This document shows, piece by piece, positions 19,701 to 28,000 of a stretch of 64,000 bases of DNA; positions within the stretch are counted from its first letter, which is position 1, and each line of letters opens with the position of its first letter. This DNA is from an uncultured Bacteroidia bacterium. Its GTDB lineage: Bacteria; Bacteroidota; Bacteroidia; Bacteroidales; F082. Below the pieces are notes generated by a model. That model ran no database searches, was not told the DNA's origin, and saw only the letters and a program-made list of their open reading frames with translations. Made by a program: the position numbers and the translations under genes. The stretch is taken from the NCBI GenBank assembly GCA_902774365.1, contig CACYHX010000002.1, forward strand, positions 25,408 through 89,407, in the 5' to 3' direction.

Positions 19701-22700
19701 CCCACAGAAGCCATCAGATCAACGAGATGGTCGCCTTCTTCATCAACGACCGGTGAGGTCTCAAGCGATTCCGTCCAGCCTGCGCCACCGCCAAACACGT
19801 GGCCGAAGTCGTCGGGATAACCCGAAGCGGTAATCATCTGCATATTGTCCAAGCCGATGGTGCCGCCGCTGACGGCGACCTTAGTATGGCCTGTTTCAGG
19901 TTCAATATCGATATGGCTAACGCGAGCGCCAGTTTGGTTCCAAGTGTAGTTGCCTACATTGGCCACCTCGCCGCCGCCATACACGCTGCCGTAGATGCGT
20001 GCCGAGCCTGAGATTTCAACCTCGGTGTCCTTGACCAAAGAGATGAGCAAGGCCGATGATGCGGGCTTGCCCGCAATGCCTGTCTTGCTGCCCTTGCCAC
20101 CACCGTACACGTCGCCAATGACAAGCTGGCGATCCCTCATGTAATCGAGATTGCCCACCGTGCCGCCCGTCACCTTGACCGAAACTTGACCATGTTCGGG
20201 GCCGTCTAACAAGGCTTTGTAGGCGTCTGCGGATGTGCCGGTTGGGGTCACGCCGTTATAGCCGATGCCCGTCATGGCCAAACGCCCGCCGCCGAAGAGG
20301 CAACCAAGCAAATGGCCACCCTCCATCTCGACGGTGATGTTGCCACGGGTGCGGCCCGCGGTGTAGTTCTTCTTGGAGTAGTTACGCCCGCCACCGAAGA
20401 TGTTGCCGTCGTAGCTCGTGGTGCCATAGGTTCCAATCAAGCCATTGACCAAGTGAACGGTAGCGTTGCCCAACACGTGGCCGTCTTCGGCGCCGCCGAA
20501 GATGCTGCCCCAGATGCGGTTGGCATGTGAGCCATCGTCCATCGGCATATTCACCTCAACTTTAGCATAGTTCACATTCGTGTAGCCCTTGTAAAGTTCA
20601 GTGGGGTCTTTACCGATACCCTCGCCGCCGCCGAACACATAGCCGTCCAAACCATTCAAGCCGATGTTAACATTGTAGGGATGGCCTAAATACGTTCCGG
20701 TTCCCGGTGCAGGACCCACTTGACCACCAGTGACCTTCACTTGGGCAAAGCCAGAGGTCCCCACCGGCCTCAAATCCTGAACAGAGGTAGTCTGATCATT
20801 CGCATCGGTAAAAGTGTAAGTATATGTTTCGCTCTCGCCCACGCTGGCCACCTCGCCACCGCCGTAAACGTTGTAGAACACATGACCGCCATTGATGTTG
20901 ACCACGGTGCTGTCCATCACCAAGGCTGCGTTGACCTTGCTGAGGTGACCTTTGCCGCCACCAAACACGTCGCCGCCCGAAGTGTGGAAGATACTGTCGT
21001 AAGGCTGTGCATGGTTGGTATTGCGTTTCCAAGTATAACCAATCGTTCCCACCTCGCCAGCGTTCATATTGACCTCGGTGCATTGCTTCACGATGCCGAC
21101 CTCGCCACCGCCATACACATTGCCAAGCACATAGCCAGGGACAGGGGTGCCGTTTTCGTTGTTTTGTCCCACATTGACCTCGGTATAGATGGAAGTGGAG
21201 AAACTGCTTTCGTCAAGCGCAAGTTCACCACGGCTGCCGCCAAAGACATGACCACCATAGCTGAACTTTTTGGTAACGCCGCCGTCAATGTAACTTCCGT
21301 CCACATCCGAGAGTTTTCCGATCGTGCCATTGATGTTGACCGTGGCCAAGGTTTGTCTACGGCTTGCATCGTAGGTAAGCGGAGGTATGCGCGGAGGGCC
21401 GACCGAGGCCAACGAGCCGCCGCCGTAGACGTTGCGGTGTATCAAGCCGCCGTTGATGGTGACTGAAGTGAAATGCGTCACCGAGCCTGACGAATTGCTG
21501 TGCTGATTGACGCCATAGACATCCTTATAGGTTCCCGTACCCGAGCCTGCACCATACACGTTGCCACGGGCCAACCATTGGAAGTGCAAGGTGTCGGCAG
21601 TGCCAACCAGACTGACTGCAGCCGTGGGATTGACATATTCATTACCAATCTCGGCATCGTTGACGACGACCTCAGTGCCCCAGCGGACGTGGCCGTCTTG
21701 TCCACCACCATACACCGAACCATAGACACGCGGGCTGTTTTCATCAGGTGTGGCATTGGGATCTTCTCCGATAGTGACATGGGTATGGTTGACATAGCCA
21801 GAGAAGAACTCAGGGCAATAATGGTAACGCGGTGAGAGGGTCGACGGCACATTGGGTGCGGGTTCGCCACGGCTGCTGCCGAAGACATTACCCGTAGGCA
21901 GGTCGTCCTTGTCGCCACTGGCCGTTCCGATTTGGCCACCATACACATTAACATAGGTGTGGCCAGAGTTCATGAGGAGTTCCCGCATCTCTGCCGTAGT
22001 CCACTTCTCGCCATAGCCGTTCACTTGGTAATCGCCAGGGCCACCGGCATAGTTGCCTTTACCGACCGAAGCGCGGTTGCCGCCGCCAAACACGTTGCGC
22101 ACCACATAGCCACCATTGACAGTGACATAGGTGTCGCCATACACCTTGCCTGCGGTGAGGCTGGTGATTTGGGCTACATATTCATCACCAATACTCCAAT
22201 CGCCATTGGGGTGATCGTTATAATGCTCCAAAGTCACGGGATAGGTATCAGTACCTTTACCTCCACCATAGATGTTGTGTCCGACGAGGCCTTTTTCGAG
22301 GGTGACGCGAGCGTCTTCGTTCACATGACCGTTTTCGCCGCCACCGTAAACGGCACCCGGGAGGCAACCCAACGCACCGTATGTTGTCCAATCACTCCAT
22401 TTGGGGTAGAAAGCGGTTTCATAGTCAATACTACCTGTATAAGTCGGTTTGTAGTTGTCGGGTGTGGCGTTGTTGTTAGGATAGTTGATGATCACCTCGG
22501 TGTTGTTGGAATTGGCGCAGTGGGCCATCACATAGCGGTCGCCGGCAATGCCCTTACCACCTCCATACACGTCGCCATTGTCCTCACGAGCTGCCTTGAG
22601 CAAAGCCACTTGATCGGCATCCGTAAGGTCATACACATGACTCACATTATTCTCGTCATAGTAAATAGGTTGTCCATTGGTATTCCACGGGCCCATGTAG

Positions 22701-25021
22701 TCCTTACCAGTCATACCGACACGTCCGTTATTGATGATAACAGTGTCGTAACCAGTCTCCTCTGCATATTTGAACTCATAAGGCCAACTAAGGGCGAAGC
22801 CTTGGGTCTCATCATCATGAATGGTAGGCCATTCTGTGAGAGTACCCACTGAAGCCAACGAGCCTCCACCATACACGCACTTCTTCACCCATCCCCCATT
22901 CATTACGACCTTGGTGTTGCCGTCGATGCGGCCTGCACGTTGCATGGGAGAGACCATCACGGGGTCAACTTCATCATGAACATATAAGGGTGCGAGCATC
23001 GTAGTGTTATCGCTTCCAAAGCTACCACCATACACATTACGCCAGATGGTGCCGCCGTTGATGACGACCTTGGCATTGCCCGAAGGCTTGCCGGCATTGA
23101 CATCGGCTTCATTGCTCGACAAGGTACCCAACTCGCTACCGCCGAACACACTGCCCTTGATGATGGTGTTGTCGCCACTAATCGTGACAGAGGTATTCTT
23201 CACCTTACCCAAGTTGGGCCAATATGGGTTCACCGTGGTGCCGTCAATCTTGGTCAAACGGCCCATCGAGCCACCATAGACGTTACCTCCGTAGGAGCGT
23301 CCCTCCGCAAGGGCCGGGTTGCCAACATGCAGTTTCGACTCATAGTCGTTACCGATGACACCGCCTGAAATGTTGACGGTGACATGGCCGTGAGTGACAG
23401 GATGAGCGGGGTCGCTGTAGTCGTCAGCCTGCATTTGGCCGTAAAGCGGGCTGTTAACAAATACGAAAGGTGTGCCCACCGAGGCCAAACGTCCGCCACC
23501 ATACACCGAGCCAAGCATGGTACCTCCGCTGATGTTGAGCGTCACGTTGCCACCCACCGAGCCAGCCGTGAGGGCATCGCCCGAGAAACCACGACCGCCA
23601 CCAAACACGTTGCCGTCGACGTAGGAATAGCCGTAAGTGCCGATGTGGGCACCGGGTTCAATGTTCATCGCGACATTGCTGAGCACGTGGCCGTCCTCGC
23701 CACCGCCAAACGCCGAACCGAAGATGAACGCATCGTCGCTGATGTTGACTTCGGCATTTTCGACATTGGTCCAAGTGTTGAACATGATACGTTGGTCGCC
23801 CTTGCCTGCGCCAAAGAGGTAACAGGTGACCGGGTGCTTTTGAATGTCCTGAAGCGTACGCGGCACACCGATGGTACCACCCGTCATATTAACGGTGCTG
23901 GTGCCCATCACGTCGGTTTGCTCGTTACCGCCATAGACGTTGGTGAGGATATGGCCACCGGTGATGTCGACCACGGTATTGCCCCATACACGCCCTGCCG
24001 AGCGGCGCCAAACTGCCTTGTTGTTCGCTTCGTCCCAGAAAGGATAATAGCCTGAGCCGCCGCCAAAAACGTTGCCATAGAAAGTATGTCCATCGGTGGC
24101 ATTAAGTGCGCCGCCGTGAGAGTCGTAACCTACCTTGTCAGCGTAAATATCATAAGTATAATAGTTACCGTCTGCATCGCCGTAGGGCCAGTGGTCACAT
24201 TCGTGGAAACCGTTGGCATCGGCTTCGGTGAAGGTGCCGTTCTTGATTTTCTGAATCACCGTAGTCCATTTTTCCTCATCATATCGACCATCATGCACTT
24301 GAGAGGTTCTATCATATCCCGTGCCTATCTGGCCACCGGCAATCTCCACATGCGTATTACCCATGACAAGGCCGTTCTCACTGCCACCGTATGCGGAGGC
24401 CGTGATAAGTGCGGAACCGCTGATTTTCAAATGTGTTTCCTTGACCACGGCAAAGAGGTTGGCCGAAGGATAAGTAAGCGTGTCGGCTTCGCCACGGCTA
24501 CCGCAGAAAACATAACCCATGTCGTCTTCGTATGCGGTAGAACCGACATCAGGCATGACGGCCTCGTCGATGCCCACTTGTCCCCCACTAATCAGCACCT
24601 CGGTCTTGCCCGTACCTGTGGCACAAGTTTTTGGCTCTCCTGCGACATGCGCTCCCGTCGCCACATTATAAAACTCCGTGAAGGTGCCCACCGAGCCAAG
24701 CTCGCCACCGCCATAGAGGCTGTGTTCAACGATGCCTCCTTTCACGTCGACCTTGGTATTGCCTTTCACCAAACCGGACTCAACATTATCTATTGAGCCT
24801 TTGCCGCCGCCATAGAGGCAGCTTTTGAGGGTGCCACCACGCATGTTTACAGTGGCATCGTCTCTCACTTCTCCAAGATTGCCACCGCCATAGACGTCGC
24901 CATGGATGGTGACCTGCGCCTTGACGATGCCCCCCGTGAGCAGCAGCGCCAAGGCCAAAACATACTTTCTTGTCTTATATATATTCATGATTGACTTAAG
25001 TTCAAAAGTTACTTTCATCAT
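10727..25021 (-). CDS. Giant (4,764 aa) T9SS-secreted repeat protein: a (V/I)(Y/F)GGG beta-helix-type repeat array of about 3,000 aa, a non-repeat region, a GLUG-like module and a Por/T9SS C-terminal sorting domain
   Basis: One uninterrupted ORF. Signal peptide MNIYKTRKYVLALALLLTGGIVKAQ (alternative start at 24988). Dozens of units of the form G.V.GNVYGGG..A.V.G.T.V.I.GG.I. GLUG-like GGLVG/GGLLG repeats at nt about 13100-13460. The last 80 aa or so, ...GQVLMSKEVHGGQSRVGVPDVAPGVYLFRLTNSEGTRIQKVVVKR, are typical of the T9SS type A CTD. Confidence 0.9.
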   Translation of the reverse strand: MMKVTFELKSIMNIYKTRKYVLALALLLTGGIVKAQVTIHGDVYGGGNLGEVRDDATVNMRGGTLKSCLYGGGKGSIDNVESGLVKGNTKVDVKGGIVEHSLYGGGELGSVGTFTEFYNVATGAHVAGEPKTCATGTGKTEVLISGGQVGIDEAVMPDVGSTAYEDDMGYVFCGSRGEADTLTYPSANLFAVVKETHLKISGSALITASAYGGSENGLVMGNTHVEIAGGQIGTGYDRTSQVHDGRYDEEKWTTVIQKIKNGTFTEADANGFHECDHWPYGDADGNYYTYDIYADKVGYDSHGGALNATDGHTFYGNVFGGGSGYYPFWDEANNKAVWRRSAGRVWGNTVVDITGGHILTNVYGGNEQTDVMGTSTVNMTGGTIGVPRTLQDIQKHPVTCYLFGAGKGDQRIMFNTWTNVENAEVNISDDAFIFGSAFGGGEDGHVLSNVAMNIEPGAHIGTYGYSYVDGNVFGGGRGFSGDALTAGSVGGNVTLNISGGTMLGSVYGGGRLASVGTPFVFVNSPLYGQMQADDYSDPAHPVTHGHVTVNISGGVIGNDYESKLHVGNPALAEGRSYGGNVYGGSMGRLTKIDGTTVNPYWPNLGKVKNTSVTISGDNTIIKGSVFGGSELGTLSSNEADVNAGKPSGNAKVVINGGTIWRNVYGGSFGSDNTTMLAPLYVHDEVDPVMVSPMQRAGRIDGNTKVVMNGGWVKKCVYGGGSLASVGTLTEWPTIHDDETQGFALSWPYEFKYAEETGYDTVIINNGRVGMTGKDYMGPWNTNGQPIYYDENNVSHVYDLTDADQVALLKAAREDNGDVYGGGKGIAGDRYVMAHCANSNNTEVIINYPNNNATPDNYKPTYTGSIDYETAFYPKWSDWTTYGALGCLPGAVYGGGENGHVNEDARVTLEKGLVGHNIYGGGKGTDTYPVTLEHYNDHPNGDWSIGDEYVAQITSLTAGKVYGDTYVTVNGGYVVRNVFGGGNRASVGKGNYAGGPGDYQVNGYGEKWTTAEMRELLMNSGHTYVNVYGGQIGTASGDKDDLPTGNVFGSSRGEPAPNVPSTLSPRYHYCPEFFSGYVNHTHVTIGEDPNATPDENSPRVYGSVYGGGQDGHVRWGTEVVVNDAEIGNEYVNPTAAVSLVGTADTLHFQWLARGNVYGAGSGTGTYKDVYGVNQHSNSSGSVTHFTSVTINGGLIHRNVYGGGSLASVGPPRIPPLTYDASRRQTLATVNINGTIGKLSDVDGSYIDGGVTKKFSYGGHVFGGSRGELALDESSFSTSIYTEVNVGQNNENGTPVPGYVLGNVYGGGEVGIVKQCTEVNMNAGEVGTIGYTWKRNTNHAQPYDSIFHTSGGDVFGGGKGHLSKVNAALVMDSTVVNINGGHVFYNVYGGGEVASVGESETYTYTFTDANDQTTSVQDLRPVGTSGFAQVKVTGGQVGPAPGTGTYLGHPYNVNIGLNGLDGYVFGGGEGIGKDPTELYKGYTNVNYAKVEVNMPMDDGSHANRIWGSIFGGAEDGHVLGNATVHLVNGLIGTYGTTSYDGNIFGGGRNYSKKNYTAGRTRGNITVEMEGGHLLGCLFGGGRLAMTGIGYNGVTPTGTSADAYKALLDGPEHGQVSVKVTGGTVGNLDYMRDRQLVIGDVYGGGKGSKTGIAGKPASSALLISLVKDTEVEISGSARIYGSVYGGGEVANVGNYTWNQTGARVSHIDIEPETGHTKVAVSGGTIGLDNMQMITASGYPDDFGHVFGGGAGWTESLETSPVVDEEGDHLVDLMASVGATEVEISDDAFVLGSVYGGGDNGSVFDSTWVKIKGGQIGAGEGLTRRYTDEEWTSSTTLNPAAHWNYTMNGDPYDIFVLEGGKPKPGLDGGTFFGNVFGGGSGYYPYGSVDGQSQWLRSAGHVKGNTRVEVTGGHILSCLYGGCEVTNVGMYTYNYTIHGEDHNSGGKATVVMTDGTIGVPRSTTDIQNHPVPGYLYGSGKGDPRIYFNTWTNVWETDVTVSGGRIYGCVFGGGEDAHVMGDVNLKVSQAPSGVPTIIGTQGLTKADGNVFGAGRGTTEEALTAGSVSGNVNVNITGGTILNSVYGGGNRASVGTYLVDAQYDNNGVMTDNPYYGQMRDDVTGENAQTYGHVVVNVSGGTVGNSSTHPSHDNPYTMSGNVYGAGRGVFSTNPIWPLAARVKQTNVTIKGTAAIKNSVYGGGEVGSVRDSTTVNIAGNCTIGGVYTNNNVAENCGHVFGGGRGYEGANTAESLNTNNALHEPTILIAGRVYGDTYVNIKGGHVFENVFGGGEVASVGKFEITYVNPSNLSDGASSVTPVANTGKATVKVTGGIIGPLDNTGLNGYVFGGPKGGRNSAMKPYCNVNHTEVEVGYNDSDANRVWGSLFGGGSDGHVLGNATVTMKKGTLGTNGITGFDGNIFGGGRNYHEESETAGRVGGNTTVNVLGGHMLGSVFGGGRLGSVGIDVNGDTLVGVNHGYATVNVGGQYQIGNIDIGHLITDPSHPDERVGGNVYGGAKGKADAPGTMATRLSKVKQTTVNIMEKSGTETWIEGSVFGSGEDGHVLKDTYVNIHGGQIGGHDYGNLEPCVDPYHGNVYGGGRGVDTYEHEGEQIHSHTAGWVQGNTHVNMDGGHVIRNVYGGGNLASVGNATEEPDAQGNYKTGLASVTIVGGTVGTIHEDENFGNVFGSGHGGMGGEYVELAFVKNTHVTIGQTAQIYGSVFGGGEDGHVRKNALVDIEGGIIGDDDDANPTSTYYNTLDGNVYGGGRGLLTTAESETAGEVYGYSIVNIKNSTVDETEYSPVIWNNVYGGGSQSVVHDYKVVNMSGGLIHGSLFGGSRQIPASRPNKAPRWVNMWGGTVEGNVYGCSYYAEDDNPSDPHDSKGWASFVNISGGTIGTDAKGGIEKGNVYGAGYGGKVKGSVAVLIGQKAIVETSNESGDEFYGKNIHRQETPAVANLDIKGSVFGGSYGSIGSTDWDHSFNVSGYSRVYIDGTGYNTTAETPDANADDYMNIGGGVYGCGTNCESGVEGRNILVRNYGTRNPGGSATAELTQASRTLTTLQRGDVIMLDNTNVNLSGADDISQSDSERKFAVLQVDNGVYVTNASGIVLGAVGAPAYMDSIHEVRSLHLRNANSTSYGHLDGSDANYWEWIGVNPNGNNTAENARLYYSQTAPSTPLNYNQENVIIFNGDSRLYVRYLDETTSNKKRMYGQLQGFFRMRGDFFQPVGTESFAYARPKVTLKNNPISVTGHQIPGDIMNGSDGGFLSYNTDYNFFTSPQTVLYYTYTTDGDDGGSNFTKTKQYPYFNIGEYVQNKANGEMDLEEFREWVLPRITGKIWYVDGRGIGNGGWGKDASHQAGWGHFPDMPKLTVSGDSDYKGICKDLTTDAYYPFNFAEDIIYVVGPVEAIKEDAEGLLNQQTNYTLKLYRYPGGHMMSNGKMDNTVVDATHPAPVPSSTYDGLVNEGTSSTMDASMGPGANLGMMIHANKSKFVMENVLVDGLYNPSQSDVTTHNIPTSFTSTQMYKVDKPMVVTTADNTLTLKGSKNIEAGTEAILANGTILQRGYNNTDAASTWYSNADYDCYSGSTVALQGGGLFVDKDATVNVEGLVTVTGSKQRRLVGSDDHPVNSNVYLPTFLKHLTITDELNEKTRIGVTSPIRNTDADYHNNTLSPVAKAVPVATATMTANEIAAKAWESCNFTDDQDWFFVSGNKTLEPASPRTTYYVASGTKDRDNKTLYFGWTWASVVRTAPTGYSATSIDSPEDLAWLITKDKFQNEPFKQTADLDMKQYVWVPIGNETTPFIGNYDGQGHLIKNLYIDYIGTGDLRYELTDYGLFGHVHGGTVDRTFLVSGKYQPVVSDLNGTAGKNIGGLVGSMDGTSKVSNSEAAVIILGPNLNDGVTGNAIGGLVANLIGGEIHSSMTMSTLSIGQNYKGTLGGLVGKATGGNIYNAFANVTFDISSNNANVVAGGLLGINTGATVMNCYANWYDFSTSLTASNFGRLAASNTTADNMKQCYAMGNTTTDYSFAVTGGVDATCKRYSDVISADMLGYMYQDNKIEGDTAMFVRMNEWVKNHSGHGYARWARPGMAEINGDLPVLLLSDMSSTDVESTDDFRSLATYGKGKVLQYGGTARDGADKHLSTMLERDEYVFVYGDVDGHDSAPLETSFNGDEALASVIIEADKVSIYEHASIKYPGKLATLGETYVGITFDNSFGHATSTPGVNVGLNGLGIGPYPLPRDWHMFSTPLNNAPQGFDYQGHNTNTYTSGDYNAEGHFHNPWLSDGNEFSWLTNPGSDECASGAGNRYWMKEFDAANQKTDGYFPTRRGSLFDGHVNDLFIVGSDECPSTNGHRYPYGMDFYTWTEPDYHWINFKRNGPNHWHSDEPHDHLDYVPVQGATANQNEDKLIVGRGYMAAITTGTFMQSHGILNDGVKSIPLTLTSSSKLKGWNLVGNPFHSYLDFDKVATGANLEVLSDENYFSGNADEGAFYVVYNADKYQNQDASTAFRYYPVRGSRGGDYAERYLHPHQGFYVRAKAAGNLSFNEGMLVPRSAIEGESTFRDDRPAYPLVNLYLSSDQGCADVTVIEFERPEWGGATKLKELRVGDGLFYAQHDNTHYAALFAQQGIDRVPVWFEAKEDDIFTMKWNTANADFHSMYLIDHITGIEYDMLRNDTYTFEGHKGDYPSRFLIVFSLTDVEEHNEIQTFVFFDGSQWIVTGDGQLDFVDPLGQVLMSKEVHGGQSRVGVPDVAPGVYLFRLTNSEGTRIQKVVVKR

Positions 25022-25032
25022 ATCGTCTAAAG

Positions 25033-28000
25033 CTATTCATTCACAAAAGTTGGTGTCAGGGTTGCGTTTGCTGTTCCCATGGTGAAGGTGGTGCTGGCCG
25101 AGTGTGACTCATGCACGCTCCCGCTACCAGTCACCGTCCACTCGCCAAAGGCGAATCCCGTTGCAGGAGAGGCCACCAAGTTGAGCACAGCGCCTTCCCT
25201 GATGTACGTGCCACTACTCACATGTTGGCCCTGCACGTCGGTGACTGTGATGGAGCCACCGTTTGAGGGCTGAGGCGTGTTAATGGTCAGGATATGGGCC
25301 GGCACAAGCATTACCGATATTACGGCATCGGCCGTTCCCATGATGAAGGATGTGGTGGTCGAGGTGAGATTGGTGACCACCGCTCCGCCATTCACTGTCC
25401 ATCTATCCAAAAGATATCCCGTTTCCACGGTAACCTCCAATTGGAGCACCGCCCCTTCGCTGATGCGACGATTCAAGTCGACGGTATTTCCTTGACCGTC
25501 TTTGACCGTGATCGAACAGTGTGACGGTGTGTTGACTGTCAGACTATGGGTGGTAGCAGCTCCAAACGTGCCAGTTATGGAGGCATCCGTTGTTCCCATA
25601 GTGAAGAAGGTAGTCGGTAAAAAGTTATTGGCTATGCCAGCACCAGTACCTGTGAGCGTCCAACCATTGAACTTGCCTCCGTAAATGGAGGGTATGGCCT
25701 CTAATTGCAGGTTAGCATATTCGTCAATGCTTGCACCGCTATTTACCAATTGGCCTTGACCATCGGTCACCCGAATGACATTGGAGCCGTATTGCGGCGC
25801 TGACGCATCATTTTGGCTGATGGTCAGTTGATGGCTATCGGGGACGATAATCACCTCAGAGGCGCCTTCGACATTGCCATGGTTGCCGCCGCCGTACACA
25901 TCACCTAAGATATGCACCGGGGTGTCGTTTGTGCTTACTCCGACAATCACTTTGGGATTGCTCGTCACCTTACCTTCGTTGCCGCCGCCAAACACATTGC
26001 CTTCATATCTCTCATTCTCTTGGATGGAACCGTTGCCATCGAAGTCGAACGTACCGCCAATGGTTCCCTTAATGATGCTCACTTGGGGCGAGACGCCAGT
26101 GGCGACCAAAGGCGTATAGTCGGTGGCATTGCTACCGCCATACACATTGCCGACAAAGAGGGCGCATCCTGTATTCCTCTCCTCCACCTTGACGGTGATC
26201 TTGCCTTCCACATTGCCGTTGCGGTCGCAGCCGCCAAACAGGTTGCCGATGGCACCGCCATAGACATTGACAGTGATGTTGCCACCCGTTCCGATGAGTT
26301 CGGGATGACCGTTGGGATAGTGATCCGCATCATACCTTTTCACATGGGCCGCATAGCCAGCGTCGCCTTGGCAGCCGCCATAGAGCGTGCCGATGATGCC
26401 TCCCGTGACGTTGACAGTGATATTGCCATAGACCGTGCCCAGGCGGCATCCGCCGTATGCGGTAAGGTAGTTCTTTTGGTCGGCGCAGGTCAGATTAAGC
26501 TCCATCTCGCCCACCTGGTCGGCGTTGTTGCCGCCGTTGAAGAGGTTGTCGATGACCAATTCGCCACACACGCCTCCGGTTTCCAAGTCTTGGACAATGT
26601 TGATACAGTTGCCCAAACGGTTGGAACCACCAAAGCAGAAGCCCACATGGCCACCTTTGATTTGGCTATAGGTCTGATGTATCTCAGGGTAAACTCCCAC
26701 ATTGGATGCCGCGACGATACCATTACCACCACCAAAGATGTAATTGAAACGGCCACCGTCCACAACGGTGTGCGTGCTTATGGCATGAGCGGCATTGCTG
26801 CCTCCAAAGACCTCCTCGATGGTGTTTTCGCAGCCGTGGATATAGACATGGGTCACTTTCTCCGAGTGTTGGTTATTGTTTTCAGGAGCATAATTGGCTT
26901 TGTTGCCGCCTCCAAACACCTGGTAGATGGCATACGTACGGTCCGGGCCTGTGTAGTCATACATGTTTAGGGCATCGTGATTCGTCTGATAGACGTCGAC
27001 ATACACATTCGTTTGGGGCGAGCCATTGGTGTTGTTGCCGCCAAAAATGGAAGTGCCCTTATTGACGCCATCGATAAGCCTGCCATTGAAGGTGGCCTTG
27101 CCGAAATAGGTGCCTGCGTTTTCGCCACCCACGATGACATGCACCACGCCATTGACCCATCCTTTACTGTAATCGTTGATATCACCCAAGCCGCCGCCAT
27201 ACACGTTGCCGTTGACGGTACCGTTGAGGATGGTAACCGTAGTGGTATTGAGTTCGCTGGAGTTGACCGAGCCAAAGGCCGAGCCACCATAAAGGTCGCC
27301 ATAGAGTTTCGGATATTCGCTAGCCACGTCTCCAGACTCAAGGCTGCCAAAAGTAATGTTGACATCGCCTCCCACGGTGGTAGGTGCGCCGTAGCCGCCG
27401 CCATGAATGTCGGCTGGGGTTAGCTCGCTGCCGACAACGCCGCCATTAAAAGTGATTTGCACATTATGATCTATGGCACCTACGGCATTGCAGCCACCAA
27501 AGACGCCAGTGCCAACCGAGCCACCGTTCATCACGATGGTGCTGTTGCCTGTGGACTCGTTTTCCACAAACAGCACGCCAGCCTCGTTGCCGCCGCCGAA
27601 GACGCTTCCACGCACCGCGCCGTCATCAATCGTCACATGGGTTTCGCCGCTCACACCAGCATCACCGCCGCCGAATGCACTTCCAGCGACCGTGCCGCCA
27701 TCAATCGTCACATAGGTCTTGCCGCAGGGACCGGCCAAGCCGCCACCGAAGACATCGCCCGTGCAGATGCCGCCCAAAGCTTGGACATCCGTTTGGTAGC
27801 AATATGGAGGAGTGACGCCACCCGAGTATTCGTAGCTGCCGTTGCCGCCGCCAAACACATCACCGGTGGAGCCGCCCGTGACAATCACTTGCGTGGTGCC
27901 GCCCACCACACCGCTGACATCGCTGCCGCCAAAGAAAGTGGCAGGATGCTCGCCGCCGTCGACAAGCACCAAGGTGTTGTTGCTCACGCCATTGCTGCGG

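Noticed and set aside
10727-25021. Identifying the giant repeat proteins as chlamydial Pmp-type, BspA/LRR, SprB or ice-nucleation-like proteins
   Set aside because: The repeat consensus (V/I)(Y/F)GGG with intervening G.V.G.T.V strands does not match GGA(I/L/V)+FxxN, LRR LxxLxLxxN or the octapeptide INP repeats by eye. No claim is possible without profile searches.
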